From contig OX597822.1 in the NCBI GenBank assembly GCA_951406725.2, positions 82,088,001 through 82,152,000 of the forward strand: a stretch of DNA of 64,000 nucleotides, written 5' to 3'. The translations under genes were made by a program, and so were the position numbers. The notes under the pieces are model-generated. The model saw only the letters and a list, made by a program, of their open reading frames with translations, was not told the DNA's origin and did not search any database. Shown here one piece after another: positions 24,253 through 38,154 of this stretch; the stretch's first letter is position 1; every line of letters starts with the position of its first letter. The DNA comes from Octopus vulgaris (taxonomy: Eukaryota).

Positions 24253-24616
24253 TGTTTGTGTACGTCAATACATTATGTATATGTACATGCACACGCACTT
24301 AATTAAAGCTTAATGCAGCACACTTAATGATATTCCTGGAAGGGATTGATTAATTCATTATTTTTCAGAAACAATATAACATAAGTGAATGCAAAGACAC
24401 AGTTTTCAGCAAAGTGATAATACTGATAATAGGAATAAAGTTTTTTTTTTGCTTTTTAACATGGAAACAAAACCACAGATTGAAAGAATAGTTAGAGCAG
24501 AACAACCAGACCACAGTTTATAACTGGTACTTATTTTATTGACCTCACTCTTATCTGGAATGGCAAAGTCAGTATGTTTTGATTTGAACTCAGATTTGAA
24601 AGAAATGTAACTTAAG

Positions 24617-24928
24617 TCGCAGGCATGGCTGTGTGGTAAGAAGTTTGCTTCCCAGCCACATGATTCCGGGATCAGTCTCACTATGTGGTACCTTGGGCAA
24701 GTGTCTTCTACTATGGCCTTGGGCTCACCACAGCCTTGTGAGTGGATGTGGTAGATGGAAACTGAAAGCAGCCCATCATATATATACACACACATAGCTT
24801 GCTTACCAACCACATGATTCTGGGTTCAGTCCCTCTGCATGGCACCTTGGGCAAGTGTCTTCTACTATAGCTACAGGCCAACCAAAGCCTTGTTAGTGGA
24901 TTTGGTAGACATATACTGATATAAGCCC

Positions 24929-24991
<63 letters not shown>

Positions 24992-25430
24992 TGCTTGTGT
25001 GTCTGTGTTTGTCCCCCAACATCACTTGACAACCGATGCTGGTGTGTTTATGTCCCTGTCACTTAGTGGTTCAGCAAAAAAGACTGATAAAATAAGTACT
25101 AGGCTTACAAAGAATAAGTCCTGGAGTTAATTTGCTCGACTAAAGCCATGCCCCAGCATGACTGCAGTCAAATGACTGAAACAAATAAAAGAATAAAAGA
25201 ATATATATATGCGTGTGTGTATGTTTGTGTCTGTGTTTGACCCCCGCCCACCATTGCTTGACAGCCAATGTTAGTGTGCTTACCTCCCTGTAACTTAGTA
25301 GTTCATCAAAAGAGACCGATAGAATAAGCACTAGACTTACAAAGAATAAGTCCTGGAGTCGATTTGCTCAACTAAATATTGTGCACCAGCATGGTTGCAC
25401 TCAAATGACTGAAACAAGTAAAAAAAAGAC
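24617..25430 (+). mobile_element. Cluster of family A SINEs (duplicated head and duplicated tail)
   Basis: Heads at 24617 and 24795; tails end ~25200 and ~25430. Confidence 0.85.
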
Positions 25431-25801
25431 ATTATTCTCTCCAATACTCAACTAATTGTGCCATCCATCATAATAACCCTTTCTACTATATTCACAAGGC
25501 CTGAAAATTTGTGGGAGGAGATGATGATGATAATAATAATAATAATAATAATGGTTTCAGATTTTGCCACAAGGGCAGCAATTTCAGGGGAGAGGGATGA
25601 GTCAATTACATTGACCCTAGTGTTTAACTGGTACTTATTTCATTGACCCCAAAAGGATGAAAGGTAAAGTCATTCTTGGTGAAATTTGAACACAGCACAT
25701 AGCAGATGAAATACCACTAAACATTTCTCCCGGCATGCTAATAATTCTGGCTGCTCACCGCCTTTGTAATAATAATAATAATAATAATAATAACAATAAT
25801 A

Positions 25802-26030
25802 ATTGGGTTCAGTACCACCCAATCTGAAAAAAAAAACATCTGAAAACCTTAGAAATACCCTACAATCTAGATGTGTTGCAAAAGTTAGCATTACTTGGAA
25901 CTACACATATATTGCGTAAAGTACTGTCTGTCTGAGGTCTTTGTTGTGGCTTGACAAACAGTACAAACCTCCAGTAGACACAATAACTTCAATCAACAAC
26001 ATCACTATATTGTATATTGTGCGCAGTCTA
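25802..26030 (+). mobile_element. R4/Dong-clade LINE 3' end within (TAA)n
   Basis: LGSVPPNLK..LEIPYNLDVLQKLALLGTTHILRKVL*, flanked by TAA repeats. Confidence 0.75.
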
Positions 26031-26247
26031 TAATAATAATCCTTTCCACTAAAGGTTCAAGGTCTGAAATTTTGGGGGAGGAGACTAGTCAATTACCCCA
26101 ATCCCAGTGTTTCACTGGTACTTTATTTATTAACCCTCAAAGGATGTGACACTGGCAGAATTTGAACTCAGAACATAAAGACGGAAAAGAATGCCATGAA
26201 GCATTTCGCTTGATTAACCTTAATTTAACTCATTTTAGTTATATACA

Positions 26248-26285
<38 letters not shown>

Positions 26286-26815
26286 CATGTGTGTATATTT
26301 GTGTGTATGTGTGTAAGTATGTGGGGATGGAGTACGTTTATATGTGTATGTTTCTGTATATGAATGCACTTGTGAACAAATATTTTAAACAAAACTGTTC
26401 CGTTTCAATTAACTAAAAGTGAGACCACTAATAACAACAATTCTGTGAAGATTTATCAGTTTACATTATTTGGAATTAAGGACTTTTTTATGGCGCCACT
26501 GTTGCCTGTAGAATCCTGATAGTAATGACAATAAATTCTACAAGTAACAAGAAATACGTCATCATCAGCAGCAGCAGCATGAGAAGATGTGGCTTTATTT
26601 ATATTGAAAATTAATCAATAGTTTATCTAATTTGATAATGTCATCATGATTTTGTAATGCATCTCTTGAGAATATAAATTTTATTGTGGTCATTATACTG
26701 AAAGCATTATGATAGATTTTAAAAGTTGTTTATTGATTTTAATCACCGAAATGGGATCATATAAATTGACTACAAAGACAAGGTAGTTTTAGAGAGATTG
26801 TAATTTAGTTTAGGT

Positions 26816-27120
26816 CAGTGGTTCTCAAATGGGTCTATATGATCCCTGGGGCTCCATAATGTAAATTGAGTCCACAGTAGTATTCTAGGTGTTCCTGGAA
26901 AAACTTGCTTTAGAAGTATTTATTGCAAGAAACAGCTAGATTTCTTTCTCAAATGTTCTACATAGTTCAACCTACACAATGTGTGAAAAACAAGTAGGAA
27001 ATTTGAAAGAACTTGCTATAAAACTAATTATAAATAATGGATGGCTTTGGGGGTCCACCAGAATACAACAGTAATCAGAGGGATCTATAGATTAAAAAAA
27101 AAAATGGTTGGGAAACACTG
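26816..27120 (+). mobile_element. hAT (Charlie/Buster-type) MITE
   Basis: TIRs CAGTGGTTCTCAA / TTGGGAAACACTG; imperfect 8-bp TSD GTTTAGGT / GTTGAGAT. Confidence 0.8.
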
Positions 27121-27424
27121 GTTGAGATAGAATTTATTCCTTAACCCCTGATCATTCACAATGTAGTATCTTAAAAGAGCAAAGGCACATCAAATAATGA
27201 AACCCTAGATGCACTATGCCTTTAAAAAAAACGCATGAGAAGATCATGGTTGGAAATGTCTATTTGGACTTAATTGCTTTAATTGTTTTCAATTAACCCC
27301 AAGATGCCTTGGGTAAGCTTTTACAATGGAGTCTTGGCTAATTGCAGAACAGACTCAGAAATAGATCAGATCCAACAGCCATCAACACCCCCTGCTACCT
27401 CTTCACTATCATTGCTTTATAATA

Positions 27425-27487
<63 letters not shown>

Positions 27488-29582
27488 GCTCTGATGCAAT
27501 ACCAGGCACTGGCTCTCATGGCTTCTGATCTTAACTGATTGGAAGTGTTATCATGTACATGTCTTGTCTTGGTATAAAAGATGGGCTACAGCAAATATTC
27601 TGCTCAATACAACAGATTTGCTTGTCAGTTGTTTGACCTTAACCATTTGAGCATATGTACATGCTGATGATATGTGCATCTCTGATCATGAGCAGAAGTA
27701 GTGGGGGAGCATCATAGCCATGTGTTGAAAGGAATTCTTAGAGGTTTGGATAATTCACCTTTGGAAACATAGGTGGTTCGTTCAACATCCTTAAACAATC
27801 CTTATTCAGGGACCTTTTGAGCAGGATGGTCTAATCGACCAGAAGAAAATTCTAACTGGGCCCCACCTGCAAGGTCATGCGCTGTTTATCTTGATATGAG
27901 ATCAGCATGTCGTGCACATATGGTTGTGATGCATGTGCCTGGTGTACCCTTATCAGACAAGTAGTCATGATTGGTATACTGGGATTCGTATACTAAGCAT
28001 TTCGCCTGGCGTGCTAACGATTCTGCCAGCCCTCTGTCCTGTTGCATAATATAACAAGTAATGTAACACCAATGACTATCTAATCCAAGCAAAATTTCTC
28101 AGTTACACAAACATAAATGGAATTACTATTTAACCTTAAAATACGTCATACATATTCAAAGAACCTCCTTGGTTTAGTGGTATGGAACGTTTTTCTGGTA
28201 TTTTTTTACTTGTTTCAGTCCTTTGATGAAATTGATCTCTGGACTTATTCCCTGTAAGCTTGGTGCTTATTCTATCAGTCTCTTCTGCTGAACAGCTAAA
28301 TTACAGGGATGCAAATGCATCAACATCAGTTGTCAAGCAATGGTGGTGATGGGACACACACACACATACACACACACATACATACATACATACATACATA
28401 CATGACAGGCTTGAAGGTAGTGGTGATGCTGGCTGGTGTGATTTTATGGTTTGCTGGTATGCCAAGAGAGATCCAGCGAGCCCTAACTGGTTCCCTGATC
28501 TTAAAGGTGAATTGTGGATGTATAATGATGATGGAGCAGCTGGTGTGGTGGTGATGCCTCAACAAATTTTGTCTGACCCATGCAAGCAAGTAAAGAGGAC
28601 ATTAAAACAATGAGGATAATGATGATGTACGAAAGTTATTAATACAGACAATGAATAATAAATGCATCAAAAGCAGAACCTTGGAGAACACCACATTTTA
28701 TTCTTCTTGATAATATTGATTTTAAACTTTGATAATGGCCAACCCCAGTGCATAACTGGTACTTATTTCAATGATCCCAAAAGGATGAAAGGCAAACTTG
28801 ACTTTAGCAGAATTTGAACTCAGAAAGTAAAGGCTGACAAAATGTCACGAAGCATAAAAAATGCTAACAATTCTACCATTTCACTGCCTTTCTCTTTGAT
28901 AATAATATCATAAATAGTATGATACTGATTTTGATAAGCTCAAAACTATGTTATGGACAGGGTAGATGCGTCGTAAATATTCAAGCATAAATGATTTGTG
29001 GAGTTACAATGTGAAACACTTAAGTTTGTTTAAGTTAATAAATACTTCAATCTGAATAGTGTCCTGTGCCTGATTTTGCTTTTAACTGTTTCCTCGTGAG
29101 ATTTATAAAAACATGATTAGGTGACTTAATATCAGATCATTTTGGTAACTGATATTTTGAGGAGATTTTTCTTTCTGTTTTTAGAGAAGGGGAGAAAGAG
29201 AAGATAGACAGAGAGAGAGAGATATACAGTGTTGTATTTATAAAATGATTGGTTGTATAATTGTTTCTGAAATGGAGTTGTTTTTCAGATAAGAGATTTT
29301 GAAAAGATTTCCGTTACTAAAACTACAAACCTTTTGTTTATTATGTTAAGCATCTTAGTGTTGACTGGAATTAAAGATAAGAACTGGTACCGGGTGACAC
29401 ACAGTTTGTCATCATTTATATGTAGGAGTTCAGGCAAGGTTAATTAGATTGGCTCGTTTTCAGACAAAGCTCTCTCCACAACTTAATAATATGCACTGAA
29501 ATACTTGGTTTGTGCAAGTGATTTATTTCAGTTGGCTGCCATGTAATGTCACTTGTACATATAGTCTTATCTATTGGTGGTG

Positions 29583-29890
29583 TGAAGACATGTGGCTCAG
29601 TGGCTTGGGCATTCAACTCATGAGCATAAGGCCCTGGGTTCAATATCCTGACAACACATTGTGTCCTTGAGCAAGACACTTTATTTCACATTGCTCTAGT
29701 CCACCCAGCTGGTAAAAATGAGTTGTACCTGCAATTCAAAACAGGCCAGCCTTGTTACATTCTGTCACACTAAATCTCTCTGAGAACTACATTAAGGGTA
29801 TGCATGTCTGTGGAGCACTCAGCCACTTGCACATTAATTTCATGAGCAGGCTGTCCCATGGGAACATTTGCCATCATAGCCAAAGGGGTG
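29583..29890 (+). mobile_element. tRNA SINE, CORE head D plus Nin/Deu-like tail
   Basis: TGGCTCAGTGG, GGTTCAAT, CCTTGAGCAAGACACTTTATTTCAC; tail shared with 15180-15330. Confidence 0.8.
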
Positions 29891-30811
29891 CCAACTTTTT
29901 TTTAAAATCTCTTTTGGTGCCACTCCTTTGGTGCCACTGATCTGAGCCTCACCATTTCATATCAAGTATTTTGATATTTCTCTCATTTGCTCCTTCTCTT
30001 CCATTCTCTCTCTCTCTCCACAGGAGCATATTTTTATGAGAATGTGGAAGGGAGAGTGCTTATACTAGTCGAGTTCAATAAATTGTAATGTTTCTCACTT
30101 TCTGTATATTTCTGTACGTACTTGTATACGTCCATGTGTGTGTATGCATGTGCATGCACACATGCGTCTGTGTATTCGCCTCCTACATCAAAAATTCCTG
30201 TCACCCAAACAGGTTTTATGTCCAGTCAGCCATGACAAATCGTCTGCATCCAGTCATCTCATTCTGCATTTTTCAGCCTCTTCCTCATCATCGCAAGCAG
30301 CAGCTGCAGAAGCAACACCAAAACAATTGAACCAATGAGAGTGGATCTCTAGCTTCCCTGCCTTAAGCTGCTTCTAATATCTGCCAAATCGTTAAGGCAA
30401 CGAGCTGATAGACTCGTTAGCATGCTGGGCAAAGTACTTAGCAGCATTCCATTTGTCCTTAGATTGTGAGTTCAAATTTTATCGTGGTTGAGTTTGCCTT
30501 TCATCATTTCAGGGTTGATAAAATAATTACCAGTTGAGCACTGGGGTTGATGTAATTAACTTACATCAAAAATTGCTGGCCTTGTGCCAAAGTTTGAAAC
30601 CAATATCTGATAAATCTCACTAAATCACATTCTACTGTTTTAAAAAAGAAGGGGATCTTGGATAATATATACTTCTAAAAGAAAAAGATAAAAACCATTG
30701 TTGGGGGCTGAGATAATTTTGATTATAATAGGTTTGCTTTATTAGGGTTGACAGGGAACCAAAGATAACAAAAACAATACCCAGTTTTACCCAACATCAC
30801 CCTGTGATGCA

Positions 30812-31125
30812 CGTGGAAGCACATAGCCTAGTGGTTGGAGCAGTGGACTTGCGCTCGATGGATCGCGGGTTCGAATCTCAGATCGGGCAATGTGTGTGTT
30901 TATGAGCGAAACACCTTAGCTTCACGTGACTCCGGCAGACGGTTATGGCGAACTTCTGCTGACTCTTTCGCTACAGCTTTCTCTCACTCTTTCCTCCTGC
31001 ATCTAGCAGCTCACCTGTGATGGACCAGCGTCCCATCCAGGTGGGGAACCTATACGCCAAGGAAACCGGAAACCAGCCCTTATGAGCCAGGTATGGCTCG
31101 AGAAGGAACAAACAAAAAGAAACAA
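30812..31125 (+). mobile_element. Full-length tRNA SINE, head C plus V-domain-like tail
   Basis: A and B boxes, CTGTGATGGACCAGCGTCCCATCCAGG, (AAAC)n tail, and a perfect 13-bp TSD ACCCTGTGATGCA at 30799-30811 and 31126-31138. Confidence 0.9.
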
Positions 31126-31929
31126 ACCCTGTGATGCAGCTGAATACATCAAGGATGTTTCCTGGGGTCATTCGGTGTGTTTTGTGTCTTTCAACATTAG
31201 CTGTCCTCACCTAGGTAACCCAGCCAGGGTGGACTAAACCCCAGCTTGTGTCCAATTAACACTACATGTAGTGCTGCTGTCCCTTCCAAGAGCTCACACA
31301 TTCTGATCCTCAGCCACCTTCAGGTAACCTTGATTGCCCCCTCATCCAGTCAGACAGCCTTTCACCTACCAGCCCCTGTGATGGCCAATATGTTGCATGA
31401 CACCAAACTGGCATCATTCCTTCTTGATAGCTTGAGGTCACCTTGCCTGATGGTCCTCTGTCACACTGCTTGGGTCAGGGGATTGCAAAACTTAGAGGTT
31501 CAGCAAACTGAGTTGACTTCGGCTCTGGCTCTTCTTGCATCTCACCAGACTTATTTCCACTGTGCTGTGGCACATGCACCATCTCCAAACATTCCATATC
31601 TGCCTGGTGGATCTTCAGACCATGCGGGGTTCCTATATATTACAATGGAGACAAGAAATTATCAATGCTCTTGACTTAAATGAATATATCCCCCCACCAC
31701 CACCACTACTGCTTCCACCACCACACCCTCTACTCCACTGGGCTGAAGAGGAATATAAAGATCTTTATTGTTCCATAGCATAAAAGAGATTTTATGGCAA
31801 TATATATTATTTTATTATATTGTCTTATTACATTGTTTTGTTGATTCATTTCTTTTTTTTCTGTGACATTTTTGATGTGATAGCTGACTGGTTTTGTGAT
31901 TAACACTTTAACATTCAAACAGCAAGCTT

Positions 31930-33310
31930 TATGGTTGCATATGTCATAGTCAACTGTAACAAAAGCAAAAGAATTGTCTTAGAGAGAAGCTGTTACAGAG
32001 ATATCAAATTACTGGACCAGGTTATGAAAGTCATCAGAAGAGTCATAGTTCAATTAATTAGGAAGAAAGCTAATGGAGATGTACTACTGATGCTCTCTTT
32101 ATAATTTGGTAACAACAGAAGTACCCAGTAAAAAGGAAACCACTGGACACAATATTCATTAACCTGAAGAAAGCCTTTGACAGGGTGCCTTGTTCTCTCA
32201 TTAGGGGTCACTGCAGAAGCAAGGAGTAACTGAATGGCTAGTGAGGATCATTGAAGCCATGTTCAGGGATGCAGCCAGCAAAGTAATAATTAACAATGGG
32301 TACAGTGAGGAATTCAGTGGGAGCCCCTCTGGGATCAGTAATCAGTTTCTCCTATTTATCATAGTCTTCTAGGTCAAACCTGAGAAATTCAAAATCAGCT
32401 GCTTATGGGAGTATCTCTGTGCTAATGACCATGGTTTTATCAATAAAATTGTTGTAGAAATGGAAATGAAATTCCAGGTATGGAAGCAAAACCTGAAATT
32501 GAAGGGTCTTAAAGTTAACTTAAAGACCAAAGGCAGGATGCTGACCCCTTTAAGTAAATGGCCCTGTTCTATATGTAGACAAGGAGTAGGTAGAAATTCC
32601 ATATGGTGTACATAGTGTAGCCTAAGGACACACAAGAGATGCAGTTGTATCACAGAAAAGGTAACAGAGAAAGTAGTGTTTGTGAGTAGCAGATGTGCAG
32701 GAACAATAAACTCAAAGAACACACAGAAATAGATTTCTTCAAATGCCCATGACAAGGTTGTATATAGTTTCTGTTACCTAGGTTACCTAATTTGTAGTGG
32801 AGGAGGATGCTCTGAAAGTATAGTTACCAGAATTAGAACTGGCTGGAAAAAGGTTAAGACAACTATCACCTCTGTTGGTAAGAAAAGGTCTCTCTCACAG
32901 CATGGACAGCAGATTGTATGAGGCTTGTATGTGGACAGCAAAGCTATATGGCTATGAAACTTGAGCTGTGAATGTGAATGACATTCAAAGACAGAAATGA
33001 AAGTAGCATGGTCCAATGGATGCGCGATGGCAGTGTGCAAGTACGACAAAATAAAAATGTACCAAGAGAAAAATTGGGCATAAGAGGCATCATGGGTGGT
33101 GCGCAGAAGAGAAGACTGCACTGGTAGGGGTCGTTTGATGTTGATGGATGAGGACAGCTGTATAAAGAAGTGTCAATCGTTAAATGTGGGAGGAGACTGT
33201 GGAAGAAGACCTAGGAAGACGTGGAATGAAGTGATGAAGATTGACCTTGAGATGTTGAGCCTCTCAGATGAATGAGAAGAATGACACTATACTGGACTTG
33301 AGAAGACCTG
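31930..33310 (+). mobile_element. Degenerate RTE LINE RT with PHD-like finger
   Basis: Collinear with 6110-7440 (CYRDIKLL, LKKAFDRV, WPCSICRQGVGRNSIWC, RRPRKTW). Confidence 0.9.
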
Positions 33311-34425
33311 TCCACCTTGGAAGAGTTGAGGTTCTGTCAAGCCTTCCCCAACAACTCATTATTAACATCCATCAATCTTGTACCTTACTCTGTTTACTTC
33401 TTTCCATTCCCCTCTGCTGAAGTCCACTGCACCCAACTCATTCCCTTTCTCTAATTATCTATCACACACTTTTCTCTCAGTACACTTATCTACACTTTCA
33501 CTTTTGCTGTTCCTCATATTCACCTTGTACCTTGACCTCACATCTCTCTCTCTCTCTCTGTAGGTGGGCAAGCCATGTCTTCACCTCTTCAGCAAAGCAC
33601 TGGCTCCTTTCTCTCCATCTTAGATTTTTATCCTTTCATTCTATCCCAGTTGGTGGGTTTTGATTTGCAGGTGCTCAGTGACCACACTGGTGCTGGTGCC
33701 ACATTAAAAGGACTCTAGCACACTGTGGGAAGTGCTTGGAGTTCTATCGAAAGGAAGTTTTATTTTATACCTATTTAATATGCCATAAAGTGGAGTTAAA
33801 TATTATTTGAAATTTGTGGAGTCACCTATTGGACACTTAATACAAAGGAGATAATCATTTTTTCATAACAGAATTTTGAATTAGAAATTGAGTAATTCGA
33901 AGGGAAAAGATGCAAAGAATAATACACATATTTATTCTTTTTGTTTTTTTTGTTGCTTGTGACATCCCATCCACAACCATCTCACCTTTATTTTTCAGAG
34001 ATAGTGTAACAACAAGTACAATTATAGAATGTGGTGTATGGATGTTTTGAAGAAGATTTGGCTGCTATTTCTAATTGGTTGAGTAACCACATAGAGGCTC
34101 CTTCATTCAGCTTGGGTTGTTGATAAGTTAGAATTGGTAGCAAGAAAGCTTCCATGAATCAGAGAGAAAATCAGTTTCATCATTTCCTAATGATTATGAT
34201 GATGGTGATGATGATGATGATGATGATGGTGATAGTTATTTATGGTTCTTATAATCAGACAAAATATAAAGAAATGTACAGAAGTAAATCATATAATCAG
34301 GATGTGTTTGATTTGTAATAAACTGTCTGGATTGGTATGTAAATGGGTTAATTGGTAAATAAATGTTTGTGTGTGTATATATATCTCCATATATTTATGT
34401 GTGTACATATATCTCCATATATTTA

Positions 34426-34473
<48 letters not shown>

Positions 34474-34989
34474 TACATACATACATACATGTACATCTGT
34501 GTGTGCACATGTGTACTTGCTTGTGTGTGTGTGTGTGTGTGTGCTTGCTTGTGTGTGTGTGTGCTTGCGTGTGCATATATATATATAGTTTTCTGTAATT
34601 GGAAGTAAATTGGCCATACTTAATTACAGTTGAATTTGTTGGTTTTGTTGCCAACAACAGACAATTTCTTAATAATAATTAATTAAAAACTTACTTATGT
34701 GAATTAGTGGTTAGGGTGATGCACTCACAGTCAATGGATTGTGGTTTTGAATCCCAGATCGGGTGGTGCATTGTGTTCTTGAGTGGCCCCTGTGCTAGTG
34801 GCACGTAAAAGCACTCACTACACTCTCGGAGTGGTTGGCATTAGGAAGGGCATCCAGGTGTAGAAACTCTGCCAGATCAAGACTGGAGCCTGGTGCAGCC
34901 ATCTGGTTCGCCAGTCCACAGTCAAACCGTCCAACCCATGCTAGCATGGAAAGCAGATGTTAAACAACAACGATGATGATGATGATATG

Positions 34990-35325
34990 AGAGGAGACCT
35001 CCTTCAGTCATGACTGACCATGGGATTGCAACTAGAAAGTTACCCTCCGAGGCACAAGTTGGGCAAGGTTGTTATGGAAGGCCATCAGTCACCCATACAT
35101 ACCAGCTTCCCCTCTCCATGCCACTGATGTCATCCAAGGGAAAGGCAAAGGCCGATACAGCTTGGCACCAGTGATGTCGCAACTTATTTCTACACCTGAG
35201 TTAACTGGAGCAACGTGAAATAAAGTGTCTTGTTCCAGAACACAACATGCAGCCCGGTCTGGGAATCGAACTCACAACCTCACAATCGTAAGCTCGACAC
35301 TCTAACCACTGAACCATGTGCCTTC
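34990..35325 (-). mobile_element. tRNA SINE, CORE head plus third tail (possibly Ceph-type)
   Basis: Reverse complement matches 37558-37900. Confidence 0.8.
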
Positions 35326-37557
35326 ACACACACAACACACACATATATATATATATACTTGGTGTTGGTATTTTTAAAGAAGATTAAAACAACAAAGAAC
35401 TGTATCTTGGAAAGAAAAAAAAATAGACTCCATATCTGAGTAGAGTCTAAATATTTTATTCTACAGAATCCGATAGCAACTACAGCATCAAAGTTTCACC
35501 AATAATGGCTTTTCAATGCTGAATACATAATCATATTGCAGCTTTATCTTATTTTGTGATGAGATTTTTATTTTGTTATTTTCTGTATTTTTGTAAAAAT
35601 TCTTTACAGTTTGTTTGGAAAAGTAAAGTTCCTAAATCTTTCAGCAACGGAAATATGATAGAAACTTGATTAAGGAAAACAATTTGTAAAATAAGACAAA
35701 GTCGTGCGGTGAAAGAGAAGAGATTTCTCTTATATACATAGATACTCAAAGACGTGTGTGTATGACATATATATCATACATATATTTAGTTATACATAAA
35801 CGATGATGATTTATATCAATGTGTTTCATGTGTGCATATAACATCATGATTTAATGTCTGTTTTCCATGCTGGCATAGGTTGGACAGTCTGACTGAGGTC
35901 TGGAAAGCCAGCAGCTGCACCAGGCTCTAATCTGATCTGGCAATGTTTCTACAGCTGGATGCTTTTCCAAATGTCAACCACTCCAAGATGTAGCGGGTAC
36001 TTTTTACATGCCACCGGCACAGGAGCCAGTCAGGTGGGCATGGCATCGATCACGTTCAGATAGTGCTTTTTACGTGCCACCGGCACTGGGGCCAGTCAGG
36101 GGGTACTGGCATCGGCCACATTTGAACGGTGCTTTTTACGTGCCACCAGCATTGGAACCATTCAGACAGATCTGGCATATATATATATATATGCATAAAT
36201 GGGCTTCTTTCAGTTTCTGTCTACCAAATCCACTCACATGGCTTTGGTCTGCCTGAGTCTATAGCAGAAAACACTTGCCTAAGGTGCCATGCAGTGGGAC
36301 TGAACCTGGAACCATGTGGTTGGTAAGCAAGCAACTTACCACATGGCCACTCCTGCGCCTATATACACACACACACATATATATATATATATATCCATTC
36401 AAAACTTCATCTCTTTTATGAACGTTTTCTCACATATGTGTAACAAAATTCTATAACTCATTTAGAACAAGAAACTTGCTAACTTCCCCTTCATCATCCT
36501 CGTTTTTTGGTTATCTCAGAATCATCATCAGGATGCTGAGTTCTTTTAGCTTCTGTCTCCTTTCTTCTTTTAGTGGGAGAGGGGAAACTTTATATTTATA
36601 GAAACATATATCTATGAATGTATGTGTGTGTGTAATTATAAATAACGAGAGAAATATACTATGATGAAATTTATTTTACCATCAAATGTTCATATTTTAT
36701 CTCATACTATTTATTCTATGTGATTTGTTGAATAATAAATTAAGAAGCTTTCTTTTTGAGGACTTAAATCCATATATTAAGAATTAAATTCTTCCTCATC
36801 ATCATCAATCAATGTCTGTTTTCCCTGCCTGCATGGATCGGATGGTTTGACTAAAAACTGGTAAGCCGGAGAGCTGCAGCAGGTTCCAGTTTGATTTGGC
36901 AAGGTTTGTACATCTGAATGTCCTTCCTAATACCAACCACTCTGAGAATGTAGTGGGTGTTTCTATGTGCCAGCAGCATGGTTGCCATTGAACTGACACT
37001 TGCATCAGCTACAATTATGGTCTCACTTGTCTTGACAGGTCTACACAAGCACAGTCTATTGCCAAAGGTCTCAGTTACCTGTCACTACCTCCATGGGACC
37101 CAACACTTGAATGGTGCTTTTTACATGCTACTGACATGGGTGCCAGCCAGACATACACACACACACACACACACACATATACATATATATATATATACTC
37201 TTTATCATTTATTAAACTTTTAATACTTTTGATATAAAAAAAAATAAATAAATTAATTAATTAATAAAATAATATATAAATATAAAAATATACATACATA
37301 CATATATATATATTTGTATATATATATAACATTTATAAGTTTAAATTTTTAAATATTTTTTTATTTTTAACTTATATATCTTAAATTAATTTTATGTATT
37401 GGATTATGTTTTTCACTGTTTGATTTGCCTAATAGTGGTTTTATCTCTAATTTAATATAATATAATATATTTATACTATAAAATTGGATTTAATCCTAAA
37501 TCTCATTTTTCCCTGTAAGTTTGGATTTATTCCCTAATATTATTATATATATATATA

Positions 37558-37900
37558 ATATGGTTTAGTGGTGTAAGTGTCGGGCTCACAACCATGAGAT
37601 AGTGAGTTCGATTCCAGGATGGGGTGTGTGTTGTGTTCTTGAGCAAGACACTTTATTTCACATTACTCCAGTTCACTCAGCTGTAGAAATGAGTTGCGAC
37701 GTCACTGGTGCCAAGCTGTATTGGCCCCTTTGCCTTTCCCTTAGATAACATCAGTGGTGTGGAGAGAGGAAGCTGGTATGCATGAGCAACTGCTGGTCTT
37801 CCATAAACAACCTTGCCTGGACTTGTGCCTCGGAGGGTAACTTTCTCGGTGTGATCCCATGGTCATTCATGACTAAAGAGGCGGCAGGGGTGGGGGTCCT
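37558..37900 (+). mobile_element. tRNA SINE, CORE head plus third tail (possibly Ceph-type)
   Basis: TGGTTTAGTGG, GAGTTCGATTCC, CORE-like segment, and tail GGTGCCAAGCTGTAT..ATCCCATGGTCATTCATGAC. Confidence 0.85.
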
Positions 37901-38101
37901 TTATTATATACTTATATAAAATCATGATCATCAACATTTAATGCCTGTTTTCCATGCTGGCATGGATGGTTAGGCAGAATCTGACAAGCTGTGGGTTGTT
38001 GATAAGAGTTGATAAGGGTGGCTATAGTAAGTTGGATGTATGAGGTTAAAGAAAAGGATAATAGAGATAATAGATGTGTGAGGTGTTGAAATGGAGTAGG
38101 G

Positions 38102-38154
<53 letters not shown>

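Noticed and set aside
27484-27993. Likely interspersed element next to (AAT)n, abutting a SINE head
   Set aside because: Single copy in the window, with no ORF or termini I can classify.
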